From IMG/VR virus record IMGVR_UViG_3300032247_002425, positions 1 to 54,393 of that record: a DNA stretch of 54,393 nt; one strand, written 5' to 3'. A model generated the notes under the pieces. The model worked only from the letters and a program-made list of their open reading frames with translations. It was not told the DNA's origin and made no database searches. Of the stretch, positions 9,899 through 18,483 are shown piece by piece (position 1 is the first letter of the stretch; the number at the start of each line of letters is the position of its first letter). The translations under genes and the position numbers were made by a program. The stretch is from a virus (taxonomy: Duplodnaviria; Caudoviricetes).

Positions 9899-9926
9899 TT
9901 GACAGCATATAAATCGGTGCTATAGT
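9899..9926 (+). promoter_or_regulatory. Sigma70-type promoter
   Basis: TTGACA-N16-TATAGT with TGC immediately before the -10. Confidence 0.65.
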
Positions 9927-9976
9927 CATAATGCAAATGAAGCTTGTCAAACGACAATGCAACTAGGAGACTGCAA

Positions 9977-10270
9977 ATGACTGCATACGTTACACAGGCT
10001 GAGAAAGTTCTCAGCTATCTCACCAAGGGCAACACGCTCACGGCCAAGCAAGCACGCGCTCGCTTCAAGATCCAGAACCTCCGCGCTCGCATCCATGAGC
10101 TCAAGCAGGAAGGTCACAATATTGGTACCAAGCCAGTTACCTATCGTGACACGGGTGCCGACGGTGTTGCATACACGCTGGTCATGCCTAAGAAGGTTGC
10201 CAAGACCAAAGCTGCAAAAGCTCCTGCTAAGCCAGCTACCAAGCCAGCTACCAAAGGCGGCAAGAAGTAA
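9977..10270 (+). CDS. Winged HTH DNA-binding protein with Lys/Ala/Pro-rich tail
   Basis: Q.EKVLSYL..G.TLT..QA..RF.I.NLRARI.EL+.EG..I; ATG 9977 after AGGAG; histone-like KAPAKPATK tail. Confidence 0.75.
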   Translation: MTAYVTQAEKVLSYLTKGNTLTAKQARARFKIQNLRARIHELKQEGHNIGTKPVTYRDTGADGVAYTLVMPKKVAKTKAAKAPAKPATKPATKGGKK

Positions 10271-10335
10271 TCACTAAGAACTTGTTAGGGTAAGCTTACC
10301 CGAAGCGCAAAGCGTGTACAAGTCTAGGGAGGTAG

Positions 10336-10364
10336 AAGGGTTCCAGGAAACTGGGACCCTTTTT
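10336..10364 (+). terminator. Intrinsic terminator between convergent genes
   Basis: AAGGGTTCCAG-GAAA-CTGGGACCCTT followed by T-run. Confidence 0.8.
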
Positions 10365-10825
10365 CATCTATATCTGTGTTTCAGCTCAGTGATACGATCG
10401 TCTAATGCAGCGATTAACTGCTGCATGGGTATGCTGTTTTCTCGATAGCCAGTAGCAACAAAATCCACATATTCCGGTGTAGGTGGCAGATCGCTGTGAT
10501 GCTTGCCCAGCATCACGTAGGTCATGGCCTTGATTATCTTGCCGCGATATTCTATTGGTATGATCTTGTGTCTATATATCTTGTGATAACCTTCTACCCA
10601 ATCTAGCTTGTCCAGCTTCTGTACAGGGACAATCCATAAGACACCATGAACAGTGTCTCCTTTGGATTCTACCACGTTGCTGACATTTTCCAGCACGTAC
10701 CTGTGGTCTGGTAGATCAGCATGTCCTATAAGCTGGGCTTCTGGCACACGCTTGTACATCTCTTCGAGATTGGTATTGTGCCCATATGCAAAATAGGGTA
10801 TGTGTTCCCAGGCTGCCATGATCAC
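10364..10825 (-). CDS. Gamma-glutamylcyclotransferase (AIG2-like)
   Basis: YFAYG.N, V.GVLW, LD.VEG...Y motifs; ATGA overlap with upstream gene. Confidence 0.85.
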   Translation of the reverse strand: MIMAAWEHIPYFAYGHNTNLEEMYKRVPEAQLIGHADLPDHRYVLENVSNVVESKGDTVHGVLWIVPVQKLDKLDWVEGYHKIYRHKIIPIEYRGKIIKAMTYVMLGKHHSDLPPTPEYVDFVATGYRENSIPMQQLIAALDDRITELKHRYR

Positions 10826-11727
10826 TCGCTGCTGTGCTGCATCTTAGGGAATGGTTTTGTACCCATCTCCTTGCGATGATCGTACAATACCCTGTTGCTG
10901 AGTATCTCTACCCAGCACTTGTTTTGAGGATGGTTGAGATCCCAGAAGTTGAAGCTCATGTGGCTCTGCACTGGACGCACAGCAAAGGTGTTTTCGCTGG
11001 GTGTGACCATGATCTGGCTGGTGGTGCGCATCATCTTCTTTTGGTCTGTGGTGCGTAGGCAATTGAGCTGTGGGTTATCGATGTAGACACCAGCAAGTCC
11101 GTCTATCATCTCCTGAGGTGAGTTGGCAGCATTTACAACTCTTTCGGCTATGAGCTTGCGACTTTCGCTGCTGAGCCTGCTCATGGTATGCGAAGTACCT
11201 GGATTATGCTTCTGCTGACCTTCTGGCTGATAACCAGCCCAGGGCAAACCAACACCGTGATTGGTACGTACCACGGATTTATCTCTGGGTATCTCCATGA
11301 CCTTGTAGGCGTATTTTTCGTTCTCATACTCACCCGGCTCCCAGCAACCTTCTAAGAGGTAGCAAGTGTCCTTGTCAAAAATCAGCGTGTTACCAGGCAG
11401 CTTGTCCTTGATCAGGCTCATGGTCGCTGCTTTGACGTTGGGATATCGCAGTGCCTTCCTCAGCTTGGCGCCATCCTTGCTGGGCGTCTTGCTGCGCACC
11501 TGTATCTCCATCTCATCGTCCTTGACCATGAGGCTGGCACTTATGATGCTGACGCCGCCCGAATTCATGCCCTCGCAGTATTGCGTGATGTCATCCCAGA
11601 ACATCATGATCTCAACACCATCGTGTTCTTGGCGTTTGAAGCTGATCTCTGGAATATAGTTGCGGTCTCGGTTCTTGACACCGACCCAACCAACATCGGG
11701 AAAGAACTTAGCAGATACAACGCACAC
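10822..11727 (-). CDS. N-terminal nucleophile (Cys) hydrolase, C45/NRDE-like
   Basis: Begins M-C-V-V, KNRDR, EGMN..G, VRTNH; GTG start after GGAG; TAAATA motif at 11746-11751. Confidence 0.7.
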   Translation of the reverse strand: MCVVSAKFFPDVGWVGVKNRDRNYIPEISFKRQEHDGVEIMMFWDDITQYCEGMNSGGVSIISASLMVKDDEMEIQVRSKTPSKDGAKLRKALRYPNVKAATMSLIKDKLPGNTLIFDKDTCYLLEGCWEPGEYENEKYAYKVMEIPRDKSVVRTNHGVGLPWAGYQPEGQQKHNPGTSHTMSRLSSESRKLIAERVVNAANSPQEMIDGLAGVYIDNPQLNCLRTTDQKKMMRTTSQIMVTPSENTFAVRPVQSHMSFNFWDLNHPQNKCWVEILSNRVLYDHRKEMGTKPFPKMQHSSE

Positions 11728-11755
11728 AGGGATTCTCCAATATATTATTTATCTG

Positions 11756-11784
11756 TTGTACATCTTTGAATCATGTGATATAAT
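11756..11784 (+). promoter_or_regulatory. Sigma70-type promoter, probably producing leaderless mRNA
   Basis: TTGTAC-N17-TATAAT ending 5 nt before ATG 11790; no SD. Confidence 0.55.
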
Positions 11785-11789
11785 TTGCC

Positions 11790-12134
11790 ATGACTGAAGA
11801 AATCAAACACAAGATAATAGCCAATCTGCGCCAGGTTTATGATCCTGAGATCAGCACCAACATCTATGATCTTGGATTGATCTACAAGATCGATCTTGAT
11901 CACTTACCCAAAGCGCTAATAGAAATGACCTTGACTTCGGCATGGTGTCCCAGTGCAGAAGATATCATGCGTGATGCTGAAGAGGCTGGTACAGTTGAAG
12001 GTGTTGACAAGTGCGAGATAAAGATAGTATGGACACCACAATGGGGACCGCACATGATGAGCGAAGAAGCACAGCTAGAGCTCAACATGATGCAGGATTT
12101 TGATGATAGATCTGGTTGGGGACCACCCTATTGA
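11790..12134 (+). CDS. DUF59/SufT-like Fe-S cluster assembly protein
   Basis: L..VYDPEI..NIYDLGLIY, MTLTS.WCP, VW.PQW.P.MMSEEA.L.L. Confidence 0.9.
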   Translation: MTEEIKHKIIANLRQVYDPEISTNIYDLGLIYKIDLDHLPKALIEMTLTSAWCPSAEDIMRDAEEAGTVEGVDKCEIKIVWTPQWGPHMMSEEAQLELNMMQDFDDRSGWGPPY

Positions 12135-12772
12135 CCACCATACACATAGAACCAAGTTCACGTTGTACTATTGCCTGTCCGCAGTGTCCTCGTACTGAAT
12201 ACATCAGTCGTATTCACTCCAAAGACTGCGACATTCCTGCCATGGTAGCCGCATGTCGAGGATATGACGATGTGCTCATGTGTGGTAATCACGGTGATCC
12301 AATTTATCACAGGGATTTCCATTCACTGGTCAAAGCGTTGCGCAATGACTGCTCTGACAGAAGCATACGCATAATAACCAATGGTGCATTCCGCGGGCAG
12401 CAATGGTGGGAAACCACAGCTGACCTGTTGAGACATGATAGAGATAGCATAAGCTTTAGCATAGACGGATTGCCCTATAACAATCATCTGTATAGGATCA
12501 ACAGTGATTGGTCAAGCATAGAGATTGCTATCAAGACACTACAGCGAGTCAATCCCACACTGCGTCTAGCTTGGAAATGGATCGTTTTCAAACACAATGA
12601 AAATGATGCACTAGCTGCTATCTCGCTGGCTCGTGAGCTGGGCATGGACCGATTCACGCTGGTCAGCAGTGCGAGGTACGAGCAAGATCATTGGTTAACT
12701 CCAACTAAGTCTTTTTCTGAGATCAAAAGAAAGGTCATAGAATGGTATCAGTCACACCCCGTTGCAAATTGA
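12131..12772 (+). CDS. Radical SAM protein (core domain only)
   Basis: CTIACPQCPR CxxxCxxC, CGNHGDP, ITNG, FSIDG; TTG start overlapping upstream stop. Confidence 0.88.
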   Translation: MTTIHIEPSSRCTIACPQCPRTEYISRIHSKDCDIPAMVAACRGYDDVLMCGNHGDPIYHRDFHSLVKALRNDCSDRSIRIITNGAFRGQQWWETTADLLRHDRDSISFSIDGLPYNNHLYRINSDWSSIEIAIKTLQRVNPTLRLAWKWIVFKHNENDALAAISLARELGMDRFTLVSSARYEQDHWLTPTKSFSEIKRKVIEWYQSHPVAN

Positions 12773-13080
12773 AAGTGGTCGAACCATACATATCCTCGGC
12801 CCTGGACTACTATCCCTGTTGTTGGATAGCCAACGAACCTCATCTAAGTGATCTACGAGAATGGCTGGCTGATGATTTTTCACAACTTAGCCTGCTGGAG
12901 CAAAGCTTAGATGCGGTGTTGCACAGTCGTGCTATGCAGCGCATTGAATCAAGTTGGATCGAAGGCACTCTTGAACCCTGTGTCAAATTTTGCAGCGCGC
13001 CGTTTGATCAGACTGGATCTAACCGGCGTGACAAGCACATTAGCCTGTCTCTAAATGTGCACAAGATAGATGAATGGTAA
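12742..13080 (+). CDS. Stand-alone SPASM/twitch-like Cys-rich domain
   Basis: PRC...YIS....YYPCCW...CVKFC pattern, normally the C-terminal domain of the preceding radical SAM type. Confidence 0.65.
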   Translation: MVSVTPRCKLKVVEPYISSALDYYPCCWIANEPHLSDLREWLADDFSQLSLLEQSLDAVLHSRAMQRIESSWIEGTLEPCVKFCSAPFDQTGSNRRDKHISLSLNVHKIDEW

Positions 13081-13096
13081 ACAAACGGAGAATAGA

Positions 13097-14305
13097 ATGA
13101 CCAACCCAATATTAAAAATGGAACTAGCCCACGGTGATGTGCTAATCGAGTGCTATCCAGATAAAGCTCCAAATCACGTGGCGCAGATAATCCGCCAGGC
13201 CAATTCTGGACTTTATGACGACACTGACTTCCACCGGGTAATAGAAGGCTTTATGGCACAAGGCGGCTGGACCAAGCAACCTCTGCCGCAGCTTCAAGCC
13301 GAATTCAATGATGTCTCTCACACAGAAGGCATCTGCAGCATGGCGCGAACCAATGATCCTAACAGTGCCAGCGATCAGTTCTTTATCTGCTTTGGTAATG
13401 CTCAGTTCCTGGATAGACAATATACTGTATGGGGCAAGGTGATCTACGGAATGCAGCATGTGCATGCGATCACTCGCGGCGAACCGCCGCAGAATCCTAC
13501 CAAGATAGTGAAGATGCGGCAGCTGAGCATGCAGGCTGTAGAATCTCTGCAACCCATGGCTGATGGATCAGTAGTGTACAAGAATACTATCAACGGTCCG
13601 TTGATCATGTTGAAAAACGATTGGTGGATCAAGCATGGAATGGAAAACATTGATCTGATCAATCAGGAACTGCATCAGTTCGATCAATTGATCAAGCTCG
13701 CCAGGCAGCTACGTCCAGAGCTTAACAGCGTGATTGACGGTGGATCAAACATGGGATCGTGGACCATGCCTCTGGCACGGGCTAACAGGGATGTTGAATT
13801 CCATACCTTTGAAGTGCAAAAATTAGTATACTACATCAGCTGCGGTAATTTTGCGCTAAACGGCGTGACCAATGTCTATGCTAACTGGGCCGGCTTGACC
13901 GACCAAGAAGGTCTGATAGGCCTACCAATACCAAACTATGATAGCTCACAGAATTTTGGATCATTTGAAGTTGCACCTCCGTTTGCCAACAGCGATTGCG
14001 TGTTAACATATACAGGCAAGATTGACATAGTTAGGACCGTGACCATAGACAGCCTAGAGCTATCTCCGGTGCTGATCAAGCTAGACATAGAAGGCATGGA
14101 ATATCGCGCATTGAACGGCGGTATCAATACTATTGATTCGCATATACCAATAGTTTGGTGCGAAAGCCAAAAGAGTGATCCGGTTGCAGTCACAGGTTTC
14201 TTTGCTACCCGAGGTTATGTGCTCAGCATGGCTATAGAAGGTCACTGGTTGTTCATCCCACCTTGGTTGCAGGGTAATACAAGCTTAGAATCAATATTGG
14301 GATAA
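13097..14305 (+). CDS. Cyclophilin-type PPIase fused in frame to an FkbM-family methyltransferase
   Basis: N-half FHRVIEGFMAQGG, SMAR...PNSA..QFFI, FLD.QYTVWGKV; C-half IDGGSNMG, FEVQ, NFG, IKLDIEGME; ATG 13097 after GGAG. Confidence 0.85.
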   Translation: MTNPILKMELAHGDVLIECYPDKAPNHVAQIIRQANSGLYDDTDFHRVIEGFMAQGGWTKQPLPQLQAEFNDVSHTEGICSMARTNDPNSASDQFFICFGNAQFLDRQYTVWGKVIYGMQHVHAITRGEPPQNPTKIVKMRQLSMQAVESLQPMADGSVVYKNTINGPLIMLKNDWWIKHGMENIDLINQELHQFDQLIKLARQLRPELNSVIDGGSNMGSWTMPLARANRDVEFHTFEVQKLVYYISCGNFALNGVTNVYANWAGLTDQEGLIGLPIPNYDSSQNFGSFEVAPPFANSDCVLTYTGKIDIVRTVTIDSLELSPVLIKLDIEGMEYRALNGGINTIDSHIPIVWCESQKSDPVAVTGFFATRGYVLSMAIEGHWLFIPPWLQGNTSLESILG

Positions 14306-14313
14306 CACAAACA

Positions 14314-14745
14314 ATGTGGTGGGAGACTACCAAGCTTGAAGACATGGATGAGGCACAGTGGGAAAGCCTGTGCGATGGCTGCGGCCGCTGCTGCCTCACC
14401 AAAGCCTGGCAGGACGGTAAAGTAGTACAGACCAGAGTAGCCTGTAGATTGATGGATATTAAAACGGCATGCTGCACTGATTACCCCCATAGGCAAAACA
14501 AAGTACATGAGTGCATCAAGCTAGTACCCGGCAATGTAGGTCATCCTCTGTTGCCTCGCACCTGTGCGTATCTGTTAATACATGAAGGTAAGCCGCTGGA
14601 ATGGTGGCATCCATTGGTGAGCGGTAGTAAAGACACAGTGAAGCAGGCAGGTATTAGCATCATAGGTGATATCCAGCACACCGAACGTACCATGAGCTTG
14701 GCCAAGATGGCACTTTTCAAAGCATTGGACAGGGCAATACCTTGA
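14314..14745 (+). CDS. ycgN: YcgN/UPF0260 cysteine-cluster protein
   Basis: WESLCDGCGRCCL, T.VAC.L.D, C..Y..R, LP.TCAY, WHPL.SG. Confidence 0.9.
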   Translation: MWWETTKLEDMDEAQWESLCDGCGRCCLTKAWQDGKVVQTRVACRLMDIKTACCTDYPHRQNKVHECIKLVPGNVGHPLLPRTCAYLLIHEGKPLEWWHPLVSGSKDTVKQAGISIIGDIQHTERTMSLAKMALFKALDRAIP

Positions 14746-14772
14746 CAATGACACACCAAATGACTATATAAT
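14742..14772 (+). promoter_or_regulatory. Promoter for dnaK
   Basis: CTTGACA then CTATATAAT about 17 nt later; compatible with alphaproteobacterial RpoD or RpoH-style consensus. Confidence 0.55.
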
Positions 14773-14774
14773 AT

Positions 14775-14832
14775 TCATGGTCGGGCTACGGCCGGCCATG
14801 ACACAATCTTGCTTTATGAGGAGATAGAAATG
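14775..14832 (+). promoter_or_regulatory. ROSE-like RNA thermometer in dnaK leader
   Basis: UACG-loop hairpin 14775-14801, then AUCUU-G-CU/uuaug/AGGAGAU hairpin sequestering the SD with a bulged G. Confidence 0.65.
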
Positions 14833-16686
14833 AGCAAAGTGATCGGTATTGACCTTGGAACCACCAACAGCTGCGTGGCTGTGATCGAAGGTGGCAAGGC
14901 CAAAGTTCTAGAAAACGCAGAAGGTGCTCGCACCACACCCAGCATCGTGGGATTCAAGGATGGCGAGACGCTAGTCGGTGCACCTGCAAAGAGACAGGCT
15001 GTGACTAACCCTAAAAATACGCTGCATGCAGTTAAGAGATTGATCGGTCGTCGCTATGAAGACGACAGCGTGCAGAAAGACAAGAAGCTGCTGAGCTACG
15101 CAATCGTAGCAGCCGCCAACGGCGATGCCTGGGTAGAAGTCGACGGCAAGAAGATGAGCCCTAGCGAAGTAAGCGCCAAGATATTGACCAAGATGAAAGA
15201 GACAGCCGAGCGCTATCTTGGTACCACAGTTGATCAAGCAGTGATCACTGTACCAGCCTACTTCAACGATAGCCAGCGACAGGCTACCAAGGACGCAGGC
15301 AAGATCGCAGGCATGGAAGTGCTGCGCATCATCAACGAGCCAACAGCTGCTGCTTTAGCCTATGGACTGGACAAGAAGCAAGCGGGCAAGATCGCGGTTT
15401 ACGATCTCGGCGGTGGTACCTTTGACGTTTCAATACTTGAACTGGGCGATGGCGTGTTTGAAGTGCTCAGCACCAACGGTGACACACAGCTGGGCGGCGA
15501 AGACTTTGACCTGCGCATCGTGGACTTCCTAGCAGACACTTTCAAGACAGAACAGGGCATCGATCTCCGCAAGGACAACATGGCACTGCAGCGCCTCAAG
15601 GAAGCTGCAGAGAAGGCCAAGATAGAGCTGTCAAGCAGCGCAAGCACGGACATTAACCTGCCATACATCACAGCTGACAAGGATGGCCCCAAGCATCTCA
15701 CCGTCACACTGTCACGCAGCAAGCTGGAAAGCTTGGTTGATGACCTGGTCACCCGCACGCAGGGACCATGCCGCAAGGCACTGGCAGATGCAGGTTTACA
15801 GGCTGGCGATATCAGCGAAGTGATATTGGTTGGCGGCCAGACACGCATGCCCAAGGTGCAGCAGGCTGTGAAAGATATCTTCAAGCGTGATCCCAGCCAG
15901 GGCGTTAACCCAGACGAAGTGGTTGCCATGGGTGCTGCCATCCAGGGCGGGGTGCTACAGGGCGATGTCAAGGACGTGCTGCTGCTAGATGTGACTCCAC
16001 TGAGCCTGGGCATTGAAACGCTGGGTGGCGTGTTCACCAAGCTGATTGAACGCAACACCACCATACCTACCAAGAAGAGCCAAGTGTTCAGCACTGCTGC
16101 TGACAACCAGCCAGCTGTGAGCATTGCAGTGTTCCAAGGCGAACGACAGATCGCTCGGGACAACAAGAGTTTGGCCAACTTTGAACTTACTGGTATAGCA
16201 CCAGCACCTCGGGGCATGCCGCAGATCGAAGTGACCTTTGACATCGATGCCAACGGTATCGTGCATGTCAGTGCCAAGGATCAAGCCACTGGCAAGGAAC
16301 AGAAGATTGCTATCCAAAGCAGCGGTGGGCTCAGTGATGATGACATAGAACGCATGGTACGCGAAGCTGAGGAAAACGCCGAAGCTGACAAGCGTAAGCG
16401 TGAAGTCATCGAAACACGCAACGGTGCTGAGACTCAGATCCACATGGCTGAAAAGCAGCTTAAAGAACATGAAGACAAGATCCCAGCTGAACTCAAGGCT
16501 GAGGTTGAAGCAGCTATCACTGAAGCACGTACTGCCATCGCAGGTGATGATCTCGATGCTATGAAGCCAGTGTTAGAACGTTTTGGCCAAACGCTGATGA
16601 AGATCGGCGAGATCGTCTACAAGGCACAGAGCACACCTCCTAGCCCAGACGAGCCAATTGATGTAGAAGCTAAGCCAGCTGAGTGA
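14830..16686 (+). CDS. dnaK: Molecular chaperone DnaK (Hsp70)
   Basis: [55 protein letters not shown]; ATG 14830 after GAGGAG. Confidence 0.98.
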   Translation: MSKVIGIDLGTTNSCVAVIEGGKAKVLENAEGARTTPSIVGFKDGETLVGAPAKRQAVTNPKNTLHAVKRLIGRRYEDDSVQKDKKLLSYAIVAAANGDAWVEVDGKKMSPSEVSAKILTKMKETAERYLGTTVDQAVITVPAYFNDSQRQATKDAGKIAGMEVLRIINEPTAAALAYGLDKKQAGKIAVYDLGGGTFDVSILELGDGVFEVLSTNGDTQLGGEDFDLRIVDFLADTFKTEQGIDLRKDNMALQRLKEAAEKAKIELSSSASTDINLPYITADKDGPKHLTVTLSRSKLESLVDDLVTRTQGPCRKALADAGLQAGDISEVILVGGQTRMPKVQQAVKDIFKRDPSQGVNPDEVVAMGAAIQGGVLQGDVKDVLLLDVTPLSLGIETLGGVFTKLIERNTTIPTKKSQVFSTAADNQPAVSIAVFQGERQIARDNKSLANFELTGIAPAPRGMPQIEVTFDIDANGIVHVSAKDQATGKEQKIAIQSSGGLSDDDIERMVREAEENAEADKRKREVIETRNGAETQIHMAEKQLKEHEDKIPAELKAEVEAAITEARTAIAGDDLDAMKPVLERFGQTLMKIGEIVYKAQSTPPSPDEPIDVEAKPAE

Positions 16687-16692
16687 TAACCA

Positions 16693-17136
16693 ATGACGCG
16701 TGTGGGACGGATCGGATTTACATGCAGCACATTTGATCTGTTCCACGCAGGTCACATAGCTATGCTGGAAGAAGCCAAGCGCAGTTGTGATTGGCTGATT
16801 GCAGGCATACAGAGCGATCCAACGCTGGACAGGGCTACCAAGAACCGACCAGTACAGAGCATCGTAGAGCGTCAGATACAGGTCAGAGGTTGTAGATTTG
16901 TAGATGAAACGTGGATCTATGATACAGAACGAGACCTAGAAGATCTGTTGAACATACTGCCCATTGACGTTCGCATACTGGGAGATGAATATCGAGGCAA
17001 GCAGTTCACTGGTCTAAAGATCTGCGAGGAACGAGGCATTGATATAGTGTTCAACCAGAGGCGGCACGATTTCAGCAGCAGTGGCCTGCGAGCCAGGGTT
17101 TATGATCTAGAGCGTATGAAAAAGAAAGATCAGTAA
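16693..17136 (+). CDS. Cytidylyltransferase (TagD/glycerol-3-phosphate CT-like)
   Basis: FDLFHAGH (HxGH), R.H.FSSS.LR motifs. Confidence 0.88.
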   Translation: MTRVGRIGFTCSTFDLFHAGHIAMLEEAKRSCDWLIAGIQSDPTLDRATKNRPVQSIVERQIQVRGCRFVDETWIYDTERDLEDLLNILPIDVRILGDEYRGKQFTGLKICEERGIDIVFNQRRHDFSSSGLRARVYDLERMKKKDQ

Positions 17137-17897
17137 TGCACAGCGAAACAATCACTGAAGTAACTCATTGGACAGATAGGCTGATGAGCATACGTACCAC
17201 TCGAGGACCTGCACTGCGATTCCAATCCGGACAGTTTACCATGATCGGATTGCCAGTAGATGGCAGACCTCTGTTGCGTGCCTACAGCATCGTTAGCCCA
17301 CACTATGAAGACCATTTGGAGTTCTACAGCATCAAGGTTACAGATGGTCCGCTGACCAGCAGGTTACAGCATGTTACAGTAGGAGATCAGCTGATAGTTG
17401 GTCCAAAGCCTGTGGGCACCTTGATGTTAGATAACCTGCTGCCTGGACGCAACCTTTGGTTCTTGGCCACGGGCACAGGTATTGCCCCATTCCTCAGCCT
17501 CATGCGAGATCCCATTGCCTATGAGCGTTACGATCGTGTGGTCCTCATACATGGTTGCAGGCAAGCTGCTGAACTGGCGTATGGTGCCAAGATGGTCAAT
17601 GATCTGCGCGGCAATGAGTTGATTGCAGAATTCAATGACAAGCTGGTGTACAGAGCAATCACCACCAGAGAACCGTCCCCCGTCATGGGTCGTATAACCG
17701 ACATGATCACAGATGGTAGATTATGGGCAGCGACAGGACTGCCAGAGATAGATGCTGCTCAGGACCGCGTGATGATCTGCGGTAGTACTGCTATGACCGT
17801 TGATCTCACTGAGATCATGCTAGCGCGTGGATTTACCGAAGGCAGCGCCTTCGTTCCTGGCGGATTTGTCTACGAGAAATCCTTCGTAGATCGTTGA
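17136..17897 (+). CDS. fpr: Ferredoxin/flavodoxin-NADP+ reductase
   Basis: RAYSI.S, GPLTSRLQ, ATGTGIAPF, MICGS, EKSFV C-terminus. Confidence 0.93.
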   Translation: MHSETITEVTHWTDRLMSIRTTRGPALRFQSGQFTMIGLPVDGRPLLRAYSIVSPHYEDHLEFYSIKVTDGPLTSRLQHVTVGDQLIVGPKPVGTLMLDNLLPGRNLWFLATGTGIAPFLSLMRDPIAYERYDRVVLIHGCRQAAELAYGAKMVNDLRGNELIAEFNDKLVYRAITTREPSPVMGRITDMITDGRLWAATGLPEIDAAQDRVMICGSTAMTVDLTEIMLARGFTEGSAFVPGGFVYEKSFVDR

Positions 17898-17903
17898 TAT
17901 TGG

Positions 17904-17931
17904 TTGACAGATTGCAGAACTATGCTAAATT
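17904..17931 (+). promoter_or_regulatory. Sigma70-type promoter
   Basis: TTGACA-N16-TAAATT with TGC before the -10. Confidence 0.55.
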
Positions 17932-17959
17932 AACATGTGATCCAACGAGGAGATCTAGG

Positions 17960-18298
17960 ATGCGCAAGATTATCGCAACTGCTTTGGCTTTGACCTTGAT
18001 GACGGGCTCTGCTATGGCAGATGGATGGGGATATGGACGTGGGCCTTGCAATTTCAACGGCTGCTACGGTGGGCACGGCGGGTATCACCAACACTATCAC
18101 GGTGGCGGCGGTGGTAACTGGGCTGCACCACTGGTTGGTGGGTTGATCATCGGCGGCATGCTTGGTGCCATGAGCCAACCTCGCTACTATCAAGAACAAC
18201 CAGCTTATCATACCGAGTGCCGCTGGGAACAGATGTATGATAACTGGGGCAACTACATTGGCAACGGGCGTCGTTGCTATAACGTTCCAAACTATTGA
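17960..18298 (+). CDS. Exported Gly/Tyr-rich protein with signal peptide
   Basis: MRKIIATALALTLMTGSAMA signal, Gly-rich linker, GGLIIGGMLGA hydrophobic stretch; ATG 17960 after GAGGAG. Confidence 0.75.
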   Translation: MRKIIATALALTLMTGSAMADGWGYGRGPCNFNGCYGGHGGYHQHYHGGGGGNWAAPLVGGLIIGGMLGAMSQPRYYQEQPAYHTECRWEQMYDNWGNYIGNGRRCYNVPNY

Positions 18299-18299
18299 G

Positions 18300-18327
18300 T
18301 TGACAGATCATGCGAGCGTGCTATAGT
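18300..18327 (+). promoter_or_regulatory. Sigma70-type promoter for the arfA-like gene
   Basis: TTGACA-N16-TATAGT with TGC before the -10. Confidence 0.7.
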
Positions 18328-18354
18328 ACCTCTGTTATCATAGAGGAGGTACCT

Positions 18355-18483
18355 GTGCGCAATGCTTACGCAAAAGCTCTCGCCCATCCAGTATTCAGAC
18401 AGCGCAAGGTCGCTGCCCGCAAGGGCAAAGGCGCCTACAAGCGCACAGCCAAGCATGTCCAAAAGCCAACCCTGGACGTTTGA
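18355..18483 (+). CDS. arfA: ArfA-like alternative ribosome rescue factor, 42 aa (not in ORF track)
   Basis: GAGGAGGT RBS, GTG start; MRNAYAKALAHPVFRQRKVAARKGKGAYKRTAKHVQKPTLDV matches the ArfA core N...L..P.FRQR....KGKG(S/A)Y.R..KH. Confidence 0.8.
   Translation: MRNAYAKALAHPVFRQRKVAARKGKGAYKRTAKHVQKPTLDV

Noticed and set aside
10274-10327. Hammerhead ribozyme
   Set aside because: No CUGANGA or GAAA core in the junction
8940-14830. CIRCE/HrcA operator before hsp20 or dnaK
   Set aside because: No TTAGCACTC-N9-GAGTGCTAA seen in either leader
15399-16470. Long antisense ORFs over dnaK (and similar ones over clpX and the fibre genes)
   Set aside because: Shadow frames of strongly conserved or codon-biased genes, with no recognisable motifs
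18362-18454. N-terminal third of track ORF 18362-18733
   Set aside because: The RBS spacing fits GTG 18355 in another frame, which encodes the ArfA-like peptide
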